From positions 39,304 through 103,303 of IMG/VR virus record IMGVR_UViG_3300045988_148533: 64,000 bases of DNA. The stretch is one strand, 5' to 3'. The DNA comes from a virus. This document shows positions 34,538 to 43,917 of the stretch, piece by piece (position 1 is the first letter of the stretch; every line of letters begins with the position of its first letter). A program made the position numbers and the translations under genes. The notes below the pieces were generated by a model. It was not told where the DNA came from and did not search any database. It saw only the letters and a program-made list of their open reading frames with translations.

Positions 34538-36536
34538 TTACATTCATTTCTACACGACTGTAACCATCCTCCTTAACAACCGTCATGGTATTGATTCCAG
34601 CACGTATGTTCATAACGTGGCTAATAACGTACACAGGAGATTCTACCTCCTGCAACGATTCAAGCAGCAGTGCAAGGCCAAGAGGGTCTGTACCCTCAAG
34701 AACCTCATCTATCATTAGGAAATGCAGGCCTCCGTATGGATTGGTTGCATTAATCATTTCCTGAAATGCCTGTATAAGTGCCATCTCAATTCTTGCACGC
34801 TCACCGCCACTGAACGACCAGAAAGACTTATATTCCCCCTCACCATTGATTACAAGAACCGTTATCTCAGACTTCACCTGCCCCTTTGCGTTCACCTTGA
34901 ACCCATCGATGGAAAGTCTCAGCTCAGAATGCTGCTTCTGAAGAGAAAGGTTGGCTGCATCCTGAATCAGCTTCAACTGCTCAACGGCCAGAGACATCCT
35001 GAATTCCTTAAACCGCTGCCCCCACTGCCTCATGTCGCTTATGCAGTTATTCACCTCATCAATCTGTGCCTGCAATTTTTCCTTCTGCTTCTCAGCTATT
35101 ACCAACAGACCCTCAATTTCCTTCTCTCGTGTCTCTATAACGGAATTCTGTGCCTTTTCAAGCTGTACTGCAAGCAGCTCACTTTCCTTGTCATACTGCT
35201 GCATAGCGAGTGTTAGAGAGTCCATCTCCTTTAAATACTGTTCCTTCTCAGCCTCAGCCGTTACAACAGCCCTCTTCAGAGCGGTAATATTTCCCTCAAC
35301 CCTGCGTACCTGTTCAAGCGAAAGTTTTTCCTTCCGCCTAAATTCCATGAATTCATCGTTGAATTTCTTCATTCTGGCATTAATATTCTCCTTACGAGCA
35401 CTGCATTCAGCCTTTCTGCTCTTAATAGACTCAACGTCCAAATTTGCATCATCAACGGCCCTGTTAATCTCAGCAACGGACATCTCTGAATTAAGCACAA
35501 ATTCATGCTTGCAGTTAGGGCATACTATCCTACTCTCCAAGAGGGAATTCAACTTAGCTATCTTAGTAGTGGCATCATAGTAGGAGGAGGCTATCTGTCG
35601 TTCTTCCTTCTGCACCTTATCCAGTTCACCGCTCATGGCAGTCATATTGCTCTCCACCTTGTTCACCTTCCCCCTCCAGTCGGTGCTGTTCAACTGCTTC
35701 AGCTCCTCAGTGGCAGCATCAATGGCAGCATTCTTCTCATCCATCACCCTGTGCTGCACGGCTATCAGCTGCCTGCATTCCTTAATACGTTCCTTGGCCC
35801 TGTCGTATTTGGCCAGAACGGAGTCAATTTGCCCCTCTATCCCCTCTATAATGGATTGTTTCTCTGCATCAGTGTTACGCTCTCGCTCAGCCTGCAACTG
35901 CTCACTGTAAGCCTTTATTTGACCCTCAATTCGGTACATTCTTGACGACAGCTCATCAGCCTCAGCCTGCAAGGGCTTCACCTCCTCATTTATCACACTA
36001 TCCGCCTCGTCAAGCCTCTCCACCTTGATGAATCGGTTGATAAGAGCCAGTTTGTCCGTGTTGGAGGCGGTAATAAATGACCTATAATTCTCCTTGTTCA
36101 GAATATAGTAGTTCTTCAAGTCCTCAACGCTTATGCCTACCCATCGAATGATATAGGCATTACCGTCATTTACGGTTGCAAACGACACGGCCTCATCATT
36201 GATGAACAGTTCCAGACTTGCAGAACCCTTCACCCTTAGAGTGCGGTGTATCGTCAGCGTCTGCTTTCTCATGGGACATTCTATGTAGAGCCATATCTCA
36301 GCTTCTGACTCACCCCACGTTATCAACTCCCTGTCAAGTGTCTGCTTCCTAAGTGCTGATGCAAAGAGGGCATAGGCTATACCAGCCTCCAGAGTGCTCT
36401 TTCCAGAACCATTCGTCTCCTTTGACTCAGGCTCCGAAAGATTCCTACCCTGTACAAGCAGAGGCCCATTCACGAAGGAATGGTCAAGTTCCCTGAATGA
36501 CAGGAAATTCTTCAACTTTATTCTTACAAGTCTCAT
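34530..36536 (-). CDS. Rad50/SbcC-like ATPase
   Basis: - Walker A NGSGKSTLEAGI.
- Long coiled coil with a CPNC zinc-hook-like motif.
- Signature FSGGERARIEMAL.
- Walker B LMIDEVLEG. Confidence 0.85.
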   Translation of the reverse strand: MRLVRIKLKNFLSFRELDHSFVNGPLLVQGRNLSEPESKETNGSGKSTLEAGIAYALFASALRKQTLDRELITWGESEAEIWLYIECPMRKQTLTIHRTLRVKGSASLELFINDEAVSFATVNDGNAYIIRWVGISVEDLKNYYILNKENYRSFITASNTDKLALINRFIKVERLDEADSVINEEVKPLQAEADELSSRMYRIEGQIKAYSEQLQAERERNTDAEKQSIIEGIEGQIDSVLAKYDRAKERIKECRQLIAVQHRVMDEKNAAIDAATEELKQLNSTDWRGKVNKVESNMTAMSGELDKVQKEERQIASSYYDATTKIAKLNSLLESRIVCPNCKHEFVLNSEMSVAEINRAVDDANLDVESIKSRKAECSARKENINARMKKFNDEFMEFRRKEKLSLEQVRRVEGNITALKRAVVTAEAEKEQYLKEMDSLTLAMQQYDKESELLAVQLEKAQNSVIETREKEIEGLLVIAEKQKEKLQAQIDEVNNCISDMRQWGQRFKEFRMSLAVEQLKLIQDAANLSLQKQHSELRLSIDGFKVNAKGQVKSEITVLVINGEGEYKSFWSFSGGERARIEMALIQAFQEMINATNPYGGLHFLMIDEVLEGTDPLGLALLLESLQEVESPVYVISHVMNIRAGINTMTVVKEDGYSRVEMNVND

Positions 36537-37492
36537 ATTGTCTGCATTATGGCATCCTCAATTTCGTTGAACAACTTAGGGTCTGCGAGCAGTGTCTCTC
36601 GTGCCTTTTCCAACCCCTGTCCGATGTTTCTGCCCTTGTAGTTGTAAAAACTGCCTTTCTTGTCAATAATCTCCTTTTCACAGCCAATGGCAAGCAGTTC
36701 TCCAGCCCTGTCAATACCCTCACCGAAGCGAATGTCAAATTCCGCCTTGCGGAATGGCGGTGCAACCTTGTTCTTCTCAACCTTGACCTTGATGTGATTG
36801 GCCACCTCCTCACCCTTGTCACCTATCACACCGCTCTTTGCAATGTCAAGTATCTGTGAGGAATAGAATCCAAGGGCCTTACCTCCAGGAGTTGTCTTGG
36901 GGTTCCCATACACGACACCTATCTTGTCACGATACTGATTAATGAAAAGTACCAACTGACTGTTTCTCTTTATATCACCTATAAGTCCGGGAAGCCACGT
37001 AGCCATCAAGCGAGCCAGAACACCCATCTTTGCATCACCCACGTCAGCCTCAAGATAGCACTTAGGAAACATAGCAGCAACTGAATCAAGCACTACACCG
37101 CCAATCTCCTTGGAGCGACACGCCTCACGCATCAGCTCAAAGCACTCCTCTGCCACTCCGGGCTGACTGAGTATGAACTTGTTAGGAGAAATATCCACGC
37201 CAAGAGCCTCAACATAGTCCATGTCAATAGCATTTTCCCTGTCTATATAGAGTACTGCCTTACCTGTATTTTCCTGAATGCTTCGGCAGGCTGTAAGGGC
37301 CAGTGTCGTCTTTCCGGATGACTCATACCCTCGCAGTTCCACAATTCTTCCAAGCGGATAGCCTCCTCCAAGAGCTATGTCCAGCCCCAGACTGCCTGAG
37401 GATATGAACTCTATGCCCTGTTGATTGTTTCCGGAAACAATTTCCTTTCCGAACTTTTTCTGAAGTAAACTTACAAAATCCTCTACTCCCAT
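36533..37492 (-). CDS. recA: RecA/UvsX-family recombinase
   Basis: SGSLGLDIALGGGYPLGRIVELRGYESSGKTTLAL. The protein is 319 aa. Confidence 0.85.
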   Translation of the reverse strand: MGVEDFVSLLQKKFGKEIVSGNNQQGIEFISSGSLGLDIALGGGYPLGRIVELRGYESSGKTTLALTACRSIQENTGKAVLYIDRENAIDMDYVEALGVDISPNKFILSQPGVAEECFELMREACRSKEIGGVVLDSVAAMFPKCYLEADVGDAKMGVLARLMATWLPGLIGDIKRNSQLVLFINQYRDKIGVVYGNPKTTPGGKALGFYSSQILDIAKSGVIGDKGEEVANHIKVKVEKNKVAPPFRKAEFDIRFGEGIDRAGELLAIGCEKEIIDKKGSFYNYKGRNIGQGLEKARETLLADPKLFNEIEDAIMQTI

Positions 37493-38520
37493 TGCATTAT
37501 CTGATTTAATATTAATAACCCCTCCTCAACATCATACCCCTTATCCTCACAGAACGACTTGAACTTGTCAGCAATATCACCGTCACTCAGCTCTCTGCAC
37601 ACGGCCTCCTCGGTAACAGTACCGTCAACCTCAACGTCATTATATTTTGTCTTAACGGATATACCCTTATCCGTAAACATCTTCTTATTCACACCCTTGA
37701 TGGACTGTTGGTCTCCCTTCAGCGTCACACGCAGATGTACACCCTCCGTTGACTCCTCAGCAACAGCCTTGATGTCCTCACGACTTGCCGTCAGGGTATC
37801 AATCACTATCTCTCGATAGGGTGTGAAGTCAGACCTCAGGAGGTCAAACGACAGGTCATCATACAGCACGGTGAAGCCCTTGTCCTCATCCTCACCGAAG
37901 TTGTTCTGAATAACACTCGGCAGATGAAACACATTTCTCGCAGGCTGCTGTGCATTGTGATAATGCCCGAGAAATACCCTGTCAAAATCCTTGAACATGG
38001 ACGCCTTGATGCTGCTCTGAACAGTGCTGCCGTCATTGTTGATGGAACCCTCTATTGCCGTATGGCTGAACAGAATACTTCCATTGCCATGACCCAGACC
38101 CTGTATTGAATTGAAATGTCGTATCCATGTCTCGGTAGCATAGAAAGGAACGAAATACACTGCTACACCCTTAATTAGCACCCCTGTTTCCTTTTCATAC
38201 AGATGGAAATTAGGGTGGTATCGGTAAGGAGTAAGGAAGGATTCATCAGCAGTATAGTCTGTTTTGTCATGATTTCCTGGAATGCAGTGTACGGAAAGGC
38301 CCTGATTGGTATGAATGTCTATAACCGCATCAAAACAGTTCAGCATATCCTGCCTCTGGCTGACACGGCTGTCAAACATATCCCCGAGCCATATCACATC
38401 CCGTACTTTCAGCCTTTCCGCCAGAGCCGCCTCCTGACGAGCAACATCGAGAAGCTCAGAGGCATTTGTCTCCTTGAGATGCCAATCCGTACTAATTATT
38501 GCTATTGGTTTCTTACTCAT
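37483..38520 (-). CDS. Mre11/SbcD-like nuclease (start trimmed to MSKKPIA)
   Basis: Phosphoesterase motifs ISTDWHL, WLGDMFD, GNHD, FSHTAI and GHYH. Confidence 0.8.
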   Translation of the reverse strand: MSKKPIAIISTDWHLKETNASELLDVARQEAALAERLKVRDVIWLGDMFDSRVSQRQDMLNCFDAVIDIHTNQGLSVHCIPGNHDKTDYTADESFLTPYRYHPNFHLYEKETGVLIKGVAVYFVPFYATETWIRHFNSIQGLGHGNGSILFSHTAIEGSINNDGSTVQSSIKASMFKDFDRVFLGHYHNAQQPARNVFHLPSVIQNNFGEDEDKGFTVLYDDLSFDLLRSDFTPYREIVIDTLTASREDIKAVAEESTEGVHLRVTLKGDQQSIKGVNKKMFTDKGISVKTKYNDVEVDGTVTEEAVCRELSDGDIADKFKSFCEDKGYDVEEGLLILNQIMQWE

Positions 38521-38581
38521 ATTTTCTTTTTGAAAAAGAGGGGGCTGGTGTGCCCCCTCAGGAATGTATATAGGCAGAAAA

Positions 38582-39967
38582 TTAGGACTTCTTCTGTCGT
38601 GCCTCACGCATCTTACGTATGCGCTCTATTGCACTCATGGCAGAATCACTGCTCTCAGCGGATACACCGTCGGCTTCCTCGGGTTCAGGCTCAGGCTGAG
38701 GCTTAGGCCTTGCAGCAGGCTTCGGCTTAGGCTTTGCCTCCACAGCAGGAGCATCCCAGCCCTCAAGATGAGGTCTGTCATACCCCAAATCCTCCTTCTT
38801 GAGTGCCACAGGGTACAGTTCCTCAACCTCATCAGGTTCCGGCTCATAGTCATACTCGTCACCGTACTGCCGAATGAACTCGGCTATCACAACCTGTTTC
38901 TTCTCCTCAGGTGTAGGTTCAGCAGGCTGAGGGGCTGCTTTCTTCTTCATAAGGGGCTTCTTTGCAGGTGCAGGAGCAGCCTCAGCGGCAGGGTCAGGGA
39001 AAGGCAGATTGTCCTCTCTGTCGGAGGTATCAGCACCACTCTTTTCCTCAACGGCCTTCTGAAGCTCCTCAACCATGTCCAGATACTCCTCATCGGCGAA
39101 AATCTTATACACGTTTTCCTCGTCGAACCGCTTCAACCCCTCAAGTGCGAGATTGAAGTCACGAATGCCGTAGCAGTCCACATACAGCTTCTGAAGCGAA
39201 GGATATGTTTCCAGTTCCTCAAGAATCTTGTCAGGTACGGCATTCTTCTCGAAATAGTCCTCCCATGTCTGACCCATCTTCAAAGGTAGAGCCTTGATTG
39301 TCTCAACCGTCTTGTTGTTGTCATCCTTGCTCCTATCCCACTGAAGAGGAAAACCAGTGTTAGGGTCGCTGAACATATCTATTGCAGCGGTATCGTTCTG
39401 CGCACACAGGTCAGCGGACTCCTTGTTAAGGGCCTCCATCTGCTTAGGCTTCAGTGAATCCCTGTACACCTTGCCCTCTATGTAGGCATAGTAGACATAT
39501 TCCAGCTGTGGACGGATTCCGGGAACCCACGTACCGTTCTTACCGCCCATCCTATATCCTGTGATAGGATTGAGGAATCTGGAACGTTCATCCTTATCCT
39601 GAATCTGTTCAGCCTTTTCGTACACCCTCTTAATGTACTCCTCAACTATGTCATAGGGGTAATGGCCGTGCAGGGTGGCCAAGAAAATTTTCTTATTGAC
39701 GATTTTCTTACCGATTACATTGCCGTCCTTGTCCTTGTCATCAGCAACGCACTTGAGCATCGTTGTGAGCATCGGCACATAGGGGGAATCTCCTGCAACG
39801 TGTGCTGGAAGCACTCTCTTAATTGTAATACCGTCTCTGTTTTTCCAAAACGGTGCATAATCACCCTTGTTTCCACCAAAGTATGTGTCATAGGGCTTCG
39901 TCTGTGCCACTGTATCATTCACTGTTGAAAGAGGAGCGGCTCTGTACTTGTTTCTGTCAAATGCCAT
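38582..39967 (-). CDS. hypothetical protein, possible ssDNA-binding/recombination accessory protein with P/A/E/K-rich tail
   Basis: 461-aa ORF lying between the recombination genes and dnaE. The N-terminus (GITIKRVLP) is loosely gp32-like. The C-terminal ~120 aa are low-complexity (PAPAKKP, KPKPKPAARPKPQPEPEPEE). Confidence 0.3.
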   Translation of the reverse strand: MAFDRNKYRAAPLSTVNDTVAQTKPYDTYFGGNKGDYAPFWKNRDGITIKRVLPAHVAGDSPYVPMLTTMLKCVADDKDKDGNVIGKKIVNKKIFLATLHGHYPYDIVEEYIKRVYEKAEQIQDKDERSRFLNPITGYRMGGKNGTWVPGIRPQLEYVYYAYIEGKVYRDSLKPKQMEALNKESADLCAQNDTAAIDMFSDPNTGFPLQWDRSKDDNNKTVETIKALPLKMGQTWEDYFEKNAVPDKILEELETYPSLQKLYVDCYGIRDFNLALEGLKRFDEENVYKIFADEEYLDMVEELQKAVEEKSGADTSDREDNLPFPDPAAEAAPAPAKKPLMKKKAAPQPAEPTPEEKKQVVIAEFIRQYGDEYDYEPEPDEVEELYPVALKKEDLGYDRPHLEGWDAPAVEAKPKPKPAARPKPQPEPEPEEADGVSAESSDSAMSAIERIRKMREARQKKS

Positions 39968-39972
39968 AATTC

Positions 39973-40254
39973 TTATTTCTTTAATAGTTCCTTAATTTCT
40001 CTTGTCAATTCCTTTCTACTTGCAATAATCCTGTCAATAAGTTTCTGTATCGTGTCTGATTCCTCAATGCTTTCTCTATGTGCTATAATATCCAGTGCCC
40101 TATCTAAAGGTACACCCCAACAAACGTTATCCAGCTTGCCGTCCGGATGCTTAGGGGTGACTTTGATTTGATAAACGTCATAGAACCATGTCGACCCCTC
40201 ACTCTGCTGTATAAGGTGCTTTTCACCAACAGGTATCAATCTATCTGCTTCCAT
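39973..40254 (-). CDS. hypothetical protein
   Basis: 93-aa ORF. Confidence 0.45.
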   Translation of the reverse strand: MEADRLIPVGEKHLIQQSEGSTWFYDVYQIKVTPKHPDGKLDNVCWGVPLDRALDIIAHRESIEESDTIQKLIDRIIASRKELTREIKELLKK

Positions 40255-40256
40255 GG

Positions 40257-40787
40257 TTAGAACCCTTTCTTAGTTATATAGAAGCTATTCACCTCACCCT
40301 CAACCAAATCATTGACAAATTCCTGAGGGGTTACAGGCTTCAGCATATTATTCAACTTCTTGCTCTTGTCCTGCACACTCCACTGCAAGCTGTCAAGCAT
40401 ACTGAAATTCCTCTGTGCATCAATGAACTCCATTGACAAATCCTGATAACCGTCATCAAGAAGCAGGGCCTCATCAAGAGCCTTTTCAGACAGCTTCACT
40501 TCCTCGCCATCAACAGTAAACTTTCCAGAATTGGCATTAGCCTCTCTGCGCCACACACGCTTCTTCTCAGCCTCGTAGACATCCCTCTCGAGCTTTTTCT
40601 CAGCCATTGTTTTCTCAGCCTCAGCCCTCAGTAGACCTATCTTATTAAGCAGCGCACTGACGGTAACTGCCTCTCCGTAGAGGTTGCTGTAATCGATTGC
40701 AGTCAGCCTGTCTACATCCACCGTGCCCTCAAAGCCGTCGGTGGAAAGTGTTACAGGCACATTGTTGAAATGTACTAAAATTTCCAT
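40257..40787 (-). CDS. hypothetical protein
   Basis: 176-aa ORF. Confidence 0.5.
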   Translation of the reverse strand: MEILVHFNNVPVTLSTDGFEGTVDVDRLTAIDYSNLYGEAVTVSALLNKIGLLRAEAEKTMAEKKLERDVYEAEKKRVWRREANANSGKFTVDGEEVKLSEKALDEALLLDDGYQDLSMEFIDAQRNFSMLDSLQWSVQDKSKKLNNMLKPVTPQEFVNDLVEGEVNSFYITKKGF

Positions 40788-40802
40788 GATAAAATCTCCT
40801 TT

Positions 40803-42824
40803 TTACATTAACGCAAATATCAGCATTCGTGTTGTCATATCAGCACGAATTATGTTCACACCTTTCTTGCTGTCGTTGGACAGTGAACCATTAATTAGAA
40901 TAATGTTGCTCTTAGCCTTTTTCACGAACTCCTGAAGCCTGTCATAATCCCCTCCAAATATCAGGACTTCTATGAACTCATAGTTGCTTTCAAGCGTCAT
41001 CTTGCAGAATGTCTTAGGGGCTGTTCTACGACCACCCTTTGTCGTCTTAACCTCAACATCAGCCACATAACCACCCACAACAACCATTCCTTCTCCAGCC
41101 TTGACTTTCCGAGAGGTATCATTGCACTGCTCCACCGTCACATAGGAATACTCATCTGGGAAGCTACCTCTGTTATTCTCATACAGCCTATCATACCTGA
41201 AGAACGCGAACCCAGAAAGCTGCTTCTGCATAAGTCGCCACCACCACCCATCCTCACGATGCACGTATGCACCATTGAGGAGAGGGTCACTGTCATCAAT
41301 CTTAATCCTGTTCTTCTCAAAATACCTTCGCAGCAGAGACACCCTTTCCCGTACATCGGTAATGTTCTCTATGCTGTCAAACGCACCGCTCAGAATGAGG
41401 TTCTTAATTACTCGGCTGTTCACTGCCGTACCCTTCCAGTTATGGCGACTGACAAAGTCCTCAATTGACCAGTACTGCCCATTCTCATCTCTCTCCTTGA
41501 GTATCTGGTCAGCAGCCTTGTCGGCTACCTGTTTAACACCCATAATTGACCAATATAAAGACTGTGTCTTAAAGTCTATCACAACATTCTTAGTAGAGAT
41601 GTTAATATCCACAGGTTTCACTTCACACACGCCTGTCTTATTAATCTCAGCAATATAGCGTGGATAGTCATCATCCGTAGCATACTTAAAGGCCACACTC
41701 CAGTACTCAATAGGATAATGAACTTTCAGCCACTGAGATATATACCCTGTAATTGCATAGGCAGCTGCGTGACTCCGATTAAATAGGTAGAGGGATGCTT
41801 TATCAATAGCTTCCCACACACTCTCAGCATAATCATGGCTGACGCCAAAATGCTCCATATAATATGGGGTGAACCTCTCATGATACTGATGCAGTGCCTC
41901 ATATTTCTTCTTCACCATCGCCTTACGCACATCATCAGCCTCAACCAATGACAAACCTCCTAAAACCTTACACAACTCCATAACAGACTCCTGATATATC
42001 ACAAGGCCAAATGTCTTCTCAAGCACTTTTTCAGCACCCACCCAATATTTCACCTTACTCGGGTCTGCCTTACGAATAATATAATCCTCATGGAATCCAT
42101 TCTCCATTGCTCCAGGACGATATAGGGAAATGGCAGCTATCAGGTCTTCAATGTTGCGTGGCTGCATCTGCTTACAGTATCCAGTCAACCCTCTACTGCC
42201 AAAGTGGAAATTATCCTCATTCCAGCCGTTGCAGAAATACCTGTACACCTCTCTATCATCAAGAGGTGTGCTGTATATATCCACGTCCACACCCTCATTC
42301 TCCTTTATTAAGGTAATCATCTCCTGAAACTTATCCAGCTGCTTCACACCCAGAATATCCTGTTTCAAGAATCCAGCACTGTCCATCTCACCACCTTCCC
42401 ATTCGCTGACATATTCCTCACCCTGTTTTCTGATTGGAACCCAGTGGAACATATCGTGTTCCTTAGGAAAAATCATCGTAGCACAGGCATGAATGGACTG
42501 TGCCTTGGGGGCAGGCATAAGCAGCATCACCTCATTCACTATATCAGGGTGCTCTGTCACGAATTTCTTAACATTCTCATCCGCACAGGCTATCTTGAAC
42601 AGGTCTTCCGGCTTACGGTCACTAACATCAAATACTTTCATCATCTCATTCACCGTCTGGAATTCCAACCCGTATATTCTGGACATGTCCTTAATGGCCG
42701 CTCGCAGTTGCAGTGCGCTGTACGTACCCACGGAACATACTCTACTCCACCCGTATCGTTCTTCCATATATTTCTTCACCCGAGGTCTATCAACCGAGGG
42801 GAAGTCAACATCGATTTCACTTCG
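40803..42824 (-). CDS. dnaE: DNA polymerase III alpha subunit, exon 2 (catalytic DxD motif to C-terminus); 5-prime boundary approximate
   Basis: The frame is open from 42833 and reads WWGRSEIDVDFPSVDRPRVKKYMEERYG. EIDVDF corresponds to the PDxDxDF catalytic aspartates, yet it lies upstream of the first possible start (GTG at 42779). The remainder is co-linear with DnaE fingers and OB domains. Confidence 0.75.
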   Translation of the reverse strand, partial: RSEIDVDFPSVDRPRVKKYMEERYGWSRVCSVGTYSALQLRAAIKDMSRIYGLEFQTVNEMMKVFDVSDRKPEDLFKIACADENVKKFVTEHPDIVNEVMLLMPAPKAQSIHACATMIFPKEHDMFHWVPIRKQGEEYVSEWEGGEMDSAGFLKQDILGVKQLDKFQEMITLIKENEGVDVDIYSTPLDDREVYRYFCNGWNEDNFHFGSRGLTGYCKQMQPRNIEDLIAAISLYRPGAMENGFHEDYIIRKADPSKVKYWVGAEKVLEKTFGLVIYQESVMELCKVLGGLSLVEADDVRKAMVKKKYEALHQYHERFTPYYMEHFGVSHDYAESVWEAIDKASLYLFNRSHAAAYAITGYISQWLKVHYPIEYWSVAFKYATDDDYPRYIAEINKTGVCEVKPVDINISTKNVVIDFKTQSLYWSIMGVKQVADKAADQILKERDENGQYWSIEDFVSRHNWKGTAVNSRVIKNLILSGAFDSIENITDVRERVSLLRRYFEKNRIKIDDSDPLLNGAYVHREDGWWWRLMQKQLSGFAFFRYDRLYENNRGSFPDEYSYVTVEQCNDTSRKVKAGEGMVVVGGYVADVEVKTTKGGRRTAPKTFCKMTLESNYEFIEVLIFGGDYDRLQEFVKKAKSNIILINGSLSNDSKKGVNIIRADMTTRMLIFALM

Positions 42825-43917
42825 CCCCCACCATTACTGATGGGGGCATAACATCAGGCAGGGATACCGGAACGAATCCCTGCCTGAACTCCTTTTCAAT
42901 TTTTACTATTTTCGACATACTTAAAAAATTTACCTATCTGCCCTGAATATAACCCCATTTCCTTCATACCATTAGAATCATACCCCTGTTTCCAAAGCTG
43001 AACCATGCGGTATGCACCATAATATTTGGAGTCACACTCATTTAATATATAACGTTCTATCTCCTTTTGCGTAGACAATTTTCTGTCCGAAATTAAATAT
43101 CTATATTTACGAATTTTCTTCAACCCATACATTCCAAGAAAATCCGCTTCACGCATATAACTGTAAAAATTACATTCCCCTGTCCATAAATCATACACCC
43201 AACATGATTTCGCCTTCACATTTTTACCGCCCTTGCTTTTACCATTCTCCCTTCTCTTAATGGAAAGATTTTTCTTTTGTTCATCAGTCCATCTACGACC
43301 ATAATTAGGATTGGTCTCACCCTCAAAACGCGGAGGAAGCCCACCTCCCACCATCATATTTAAAACATCTGGTCGAGAAATAAAGGCCTCATCCACAATC
43401 CTCGCTTCGGACTCTAAAGCATCCTTAATGGAATGAAAATAACAAATAATCCTCTTTTTAAAATTCAAGTACCCATATTGTAGCAATGCTTTTCTAAATT
43501 TCGTTTCCTTCTCCTTATGACGTTTATATAAAACACCGCTTTTCCTTATTAAACACCCATTCCCTATATAAGTGTCAAATTCCGGGTGTAACCCCTTATA
43601 AACCCTGACACCAATATAAATATCATTAGTTATTACACACTTGGTTTCGTACAAATAAACCACGCGACGACCACCCAAATCAACGGGTATTTCAGAATAA
43701 TTAATACACTTGCTTAAATAGTCCATAATTCAATAAATTTAAGCAAACACTAAAGTCAAAATCAATAAGCAAGCAATTCGTCATTGACTTTAAAATCCTT
43801 TGCCTTGGCAATTATCTTATTTCCACCCCTGAACAAAACAAGTTCTTTATTTTCATCAAATTCCAAGATTCTGCCATTATCAAGAGTAATTTTAACAATA
43901 TTCTGCTTACGTACATA
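42825..43917 (-). mobile_element. intron-like insertion (probable group I intron) carrying a GIY-YIG homing endonuclease; boundaries +/- ~10 nt
   Basis: - It separates FERFLNKGRVG (exon 1) from SEIDVDF (exon 2), which are contiguous in bacterial DnaE.
- Candidate junctions obey the rule that the exon ends in U and the intron ends in G.
- Two strong hairpins occupy the 3-prime 70 nt. Confidence 0.6.
42896..43726 (-). CDS. GIY-YIG homing endonuclease (I-TevI-like, NUMOD-type linker)
   Basis: - VVYLYETKCVITNDIYIGV supplies GIY-N11-YIG.
- The mid-section block is KFRKALLQYGYLNF...ESEARIV.
- NPNYGRRWTDEQKKNLS is NUMOD3-like.
- The gene is visibly AT-rich. Confidence 0.8.
   Translation of the reverse strand: MDYLSKCINYSEIPVDLGGRRVVYLYETKCVITNDIYIGVRVYKGLHPEFDTYIGNGCLIRKSGVLYKRHKEKETKFRKALLQYGYLNFKKRIICYFHSIKDALESEARIVDEAFISRPDVLNMMVGGGLPPRFEGETNPNYGRRWTDEQKKNLSIKRRENGKSKGGKNVKAKSCWVYDLWTGECNFYSYMREADFLGMYGLKKIRKYRYLISDRKLSTQKEIERYILNECDSKYYGAYRMVQLWKQGYDSNGMKEMGLYSGQIGKFFKYVENSKN

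Noticed and set aside
38564-39289. 241-aa plus-strand ORF.
   Set aside because: It is antisense to 38582..39967. Its L/R-rich repetitive sequence mirrors the low-complexity tail on the other strand.
43762-43917. The 51-codon read-through tail of dnaE exon 1 (VKITLDNGRILEFDENKELVLFRGGNKIIAKAKDFKVNDELL), considered as the N-half of a split intein like cyanobacterial DnaE.
   Set aside because: The tail looks Hint-like, but there is no Cys/Ser at the junction. There is also no HN-Cys/Ser/Thr before exon 2 and no start codon for a C-intein fragment. An intron explains the data better, though a degraded Hint remnant cannot be excluded.
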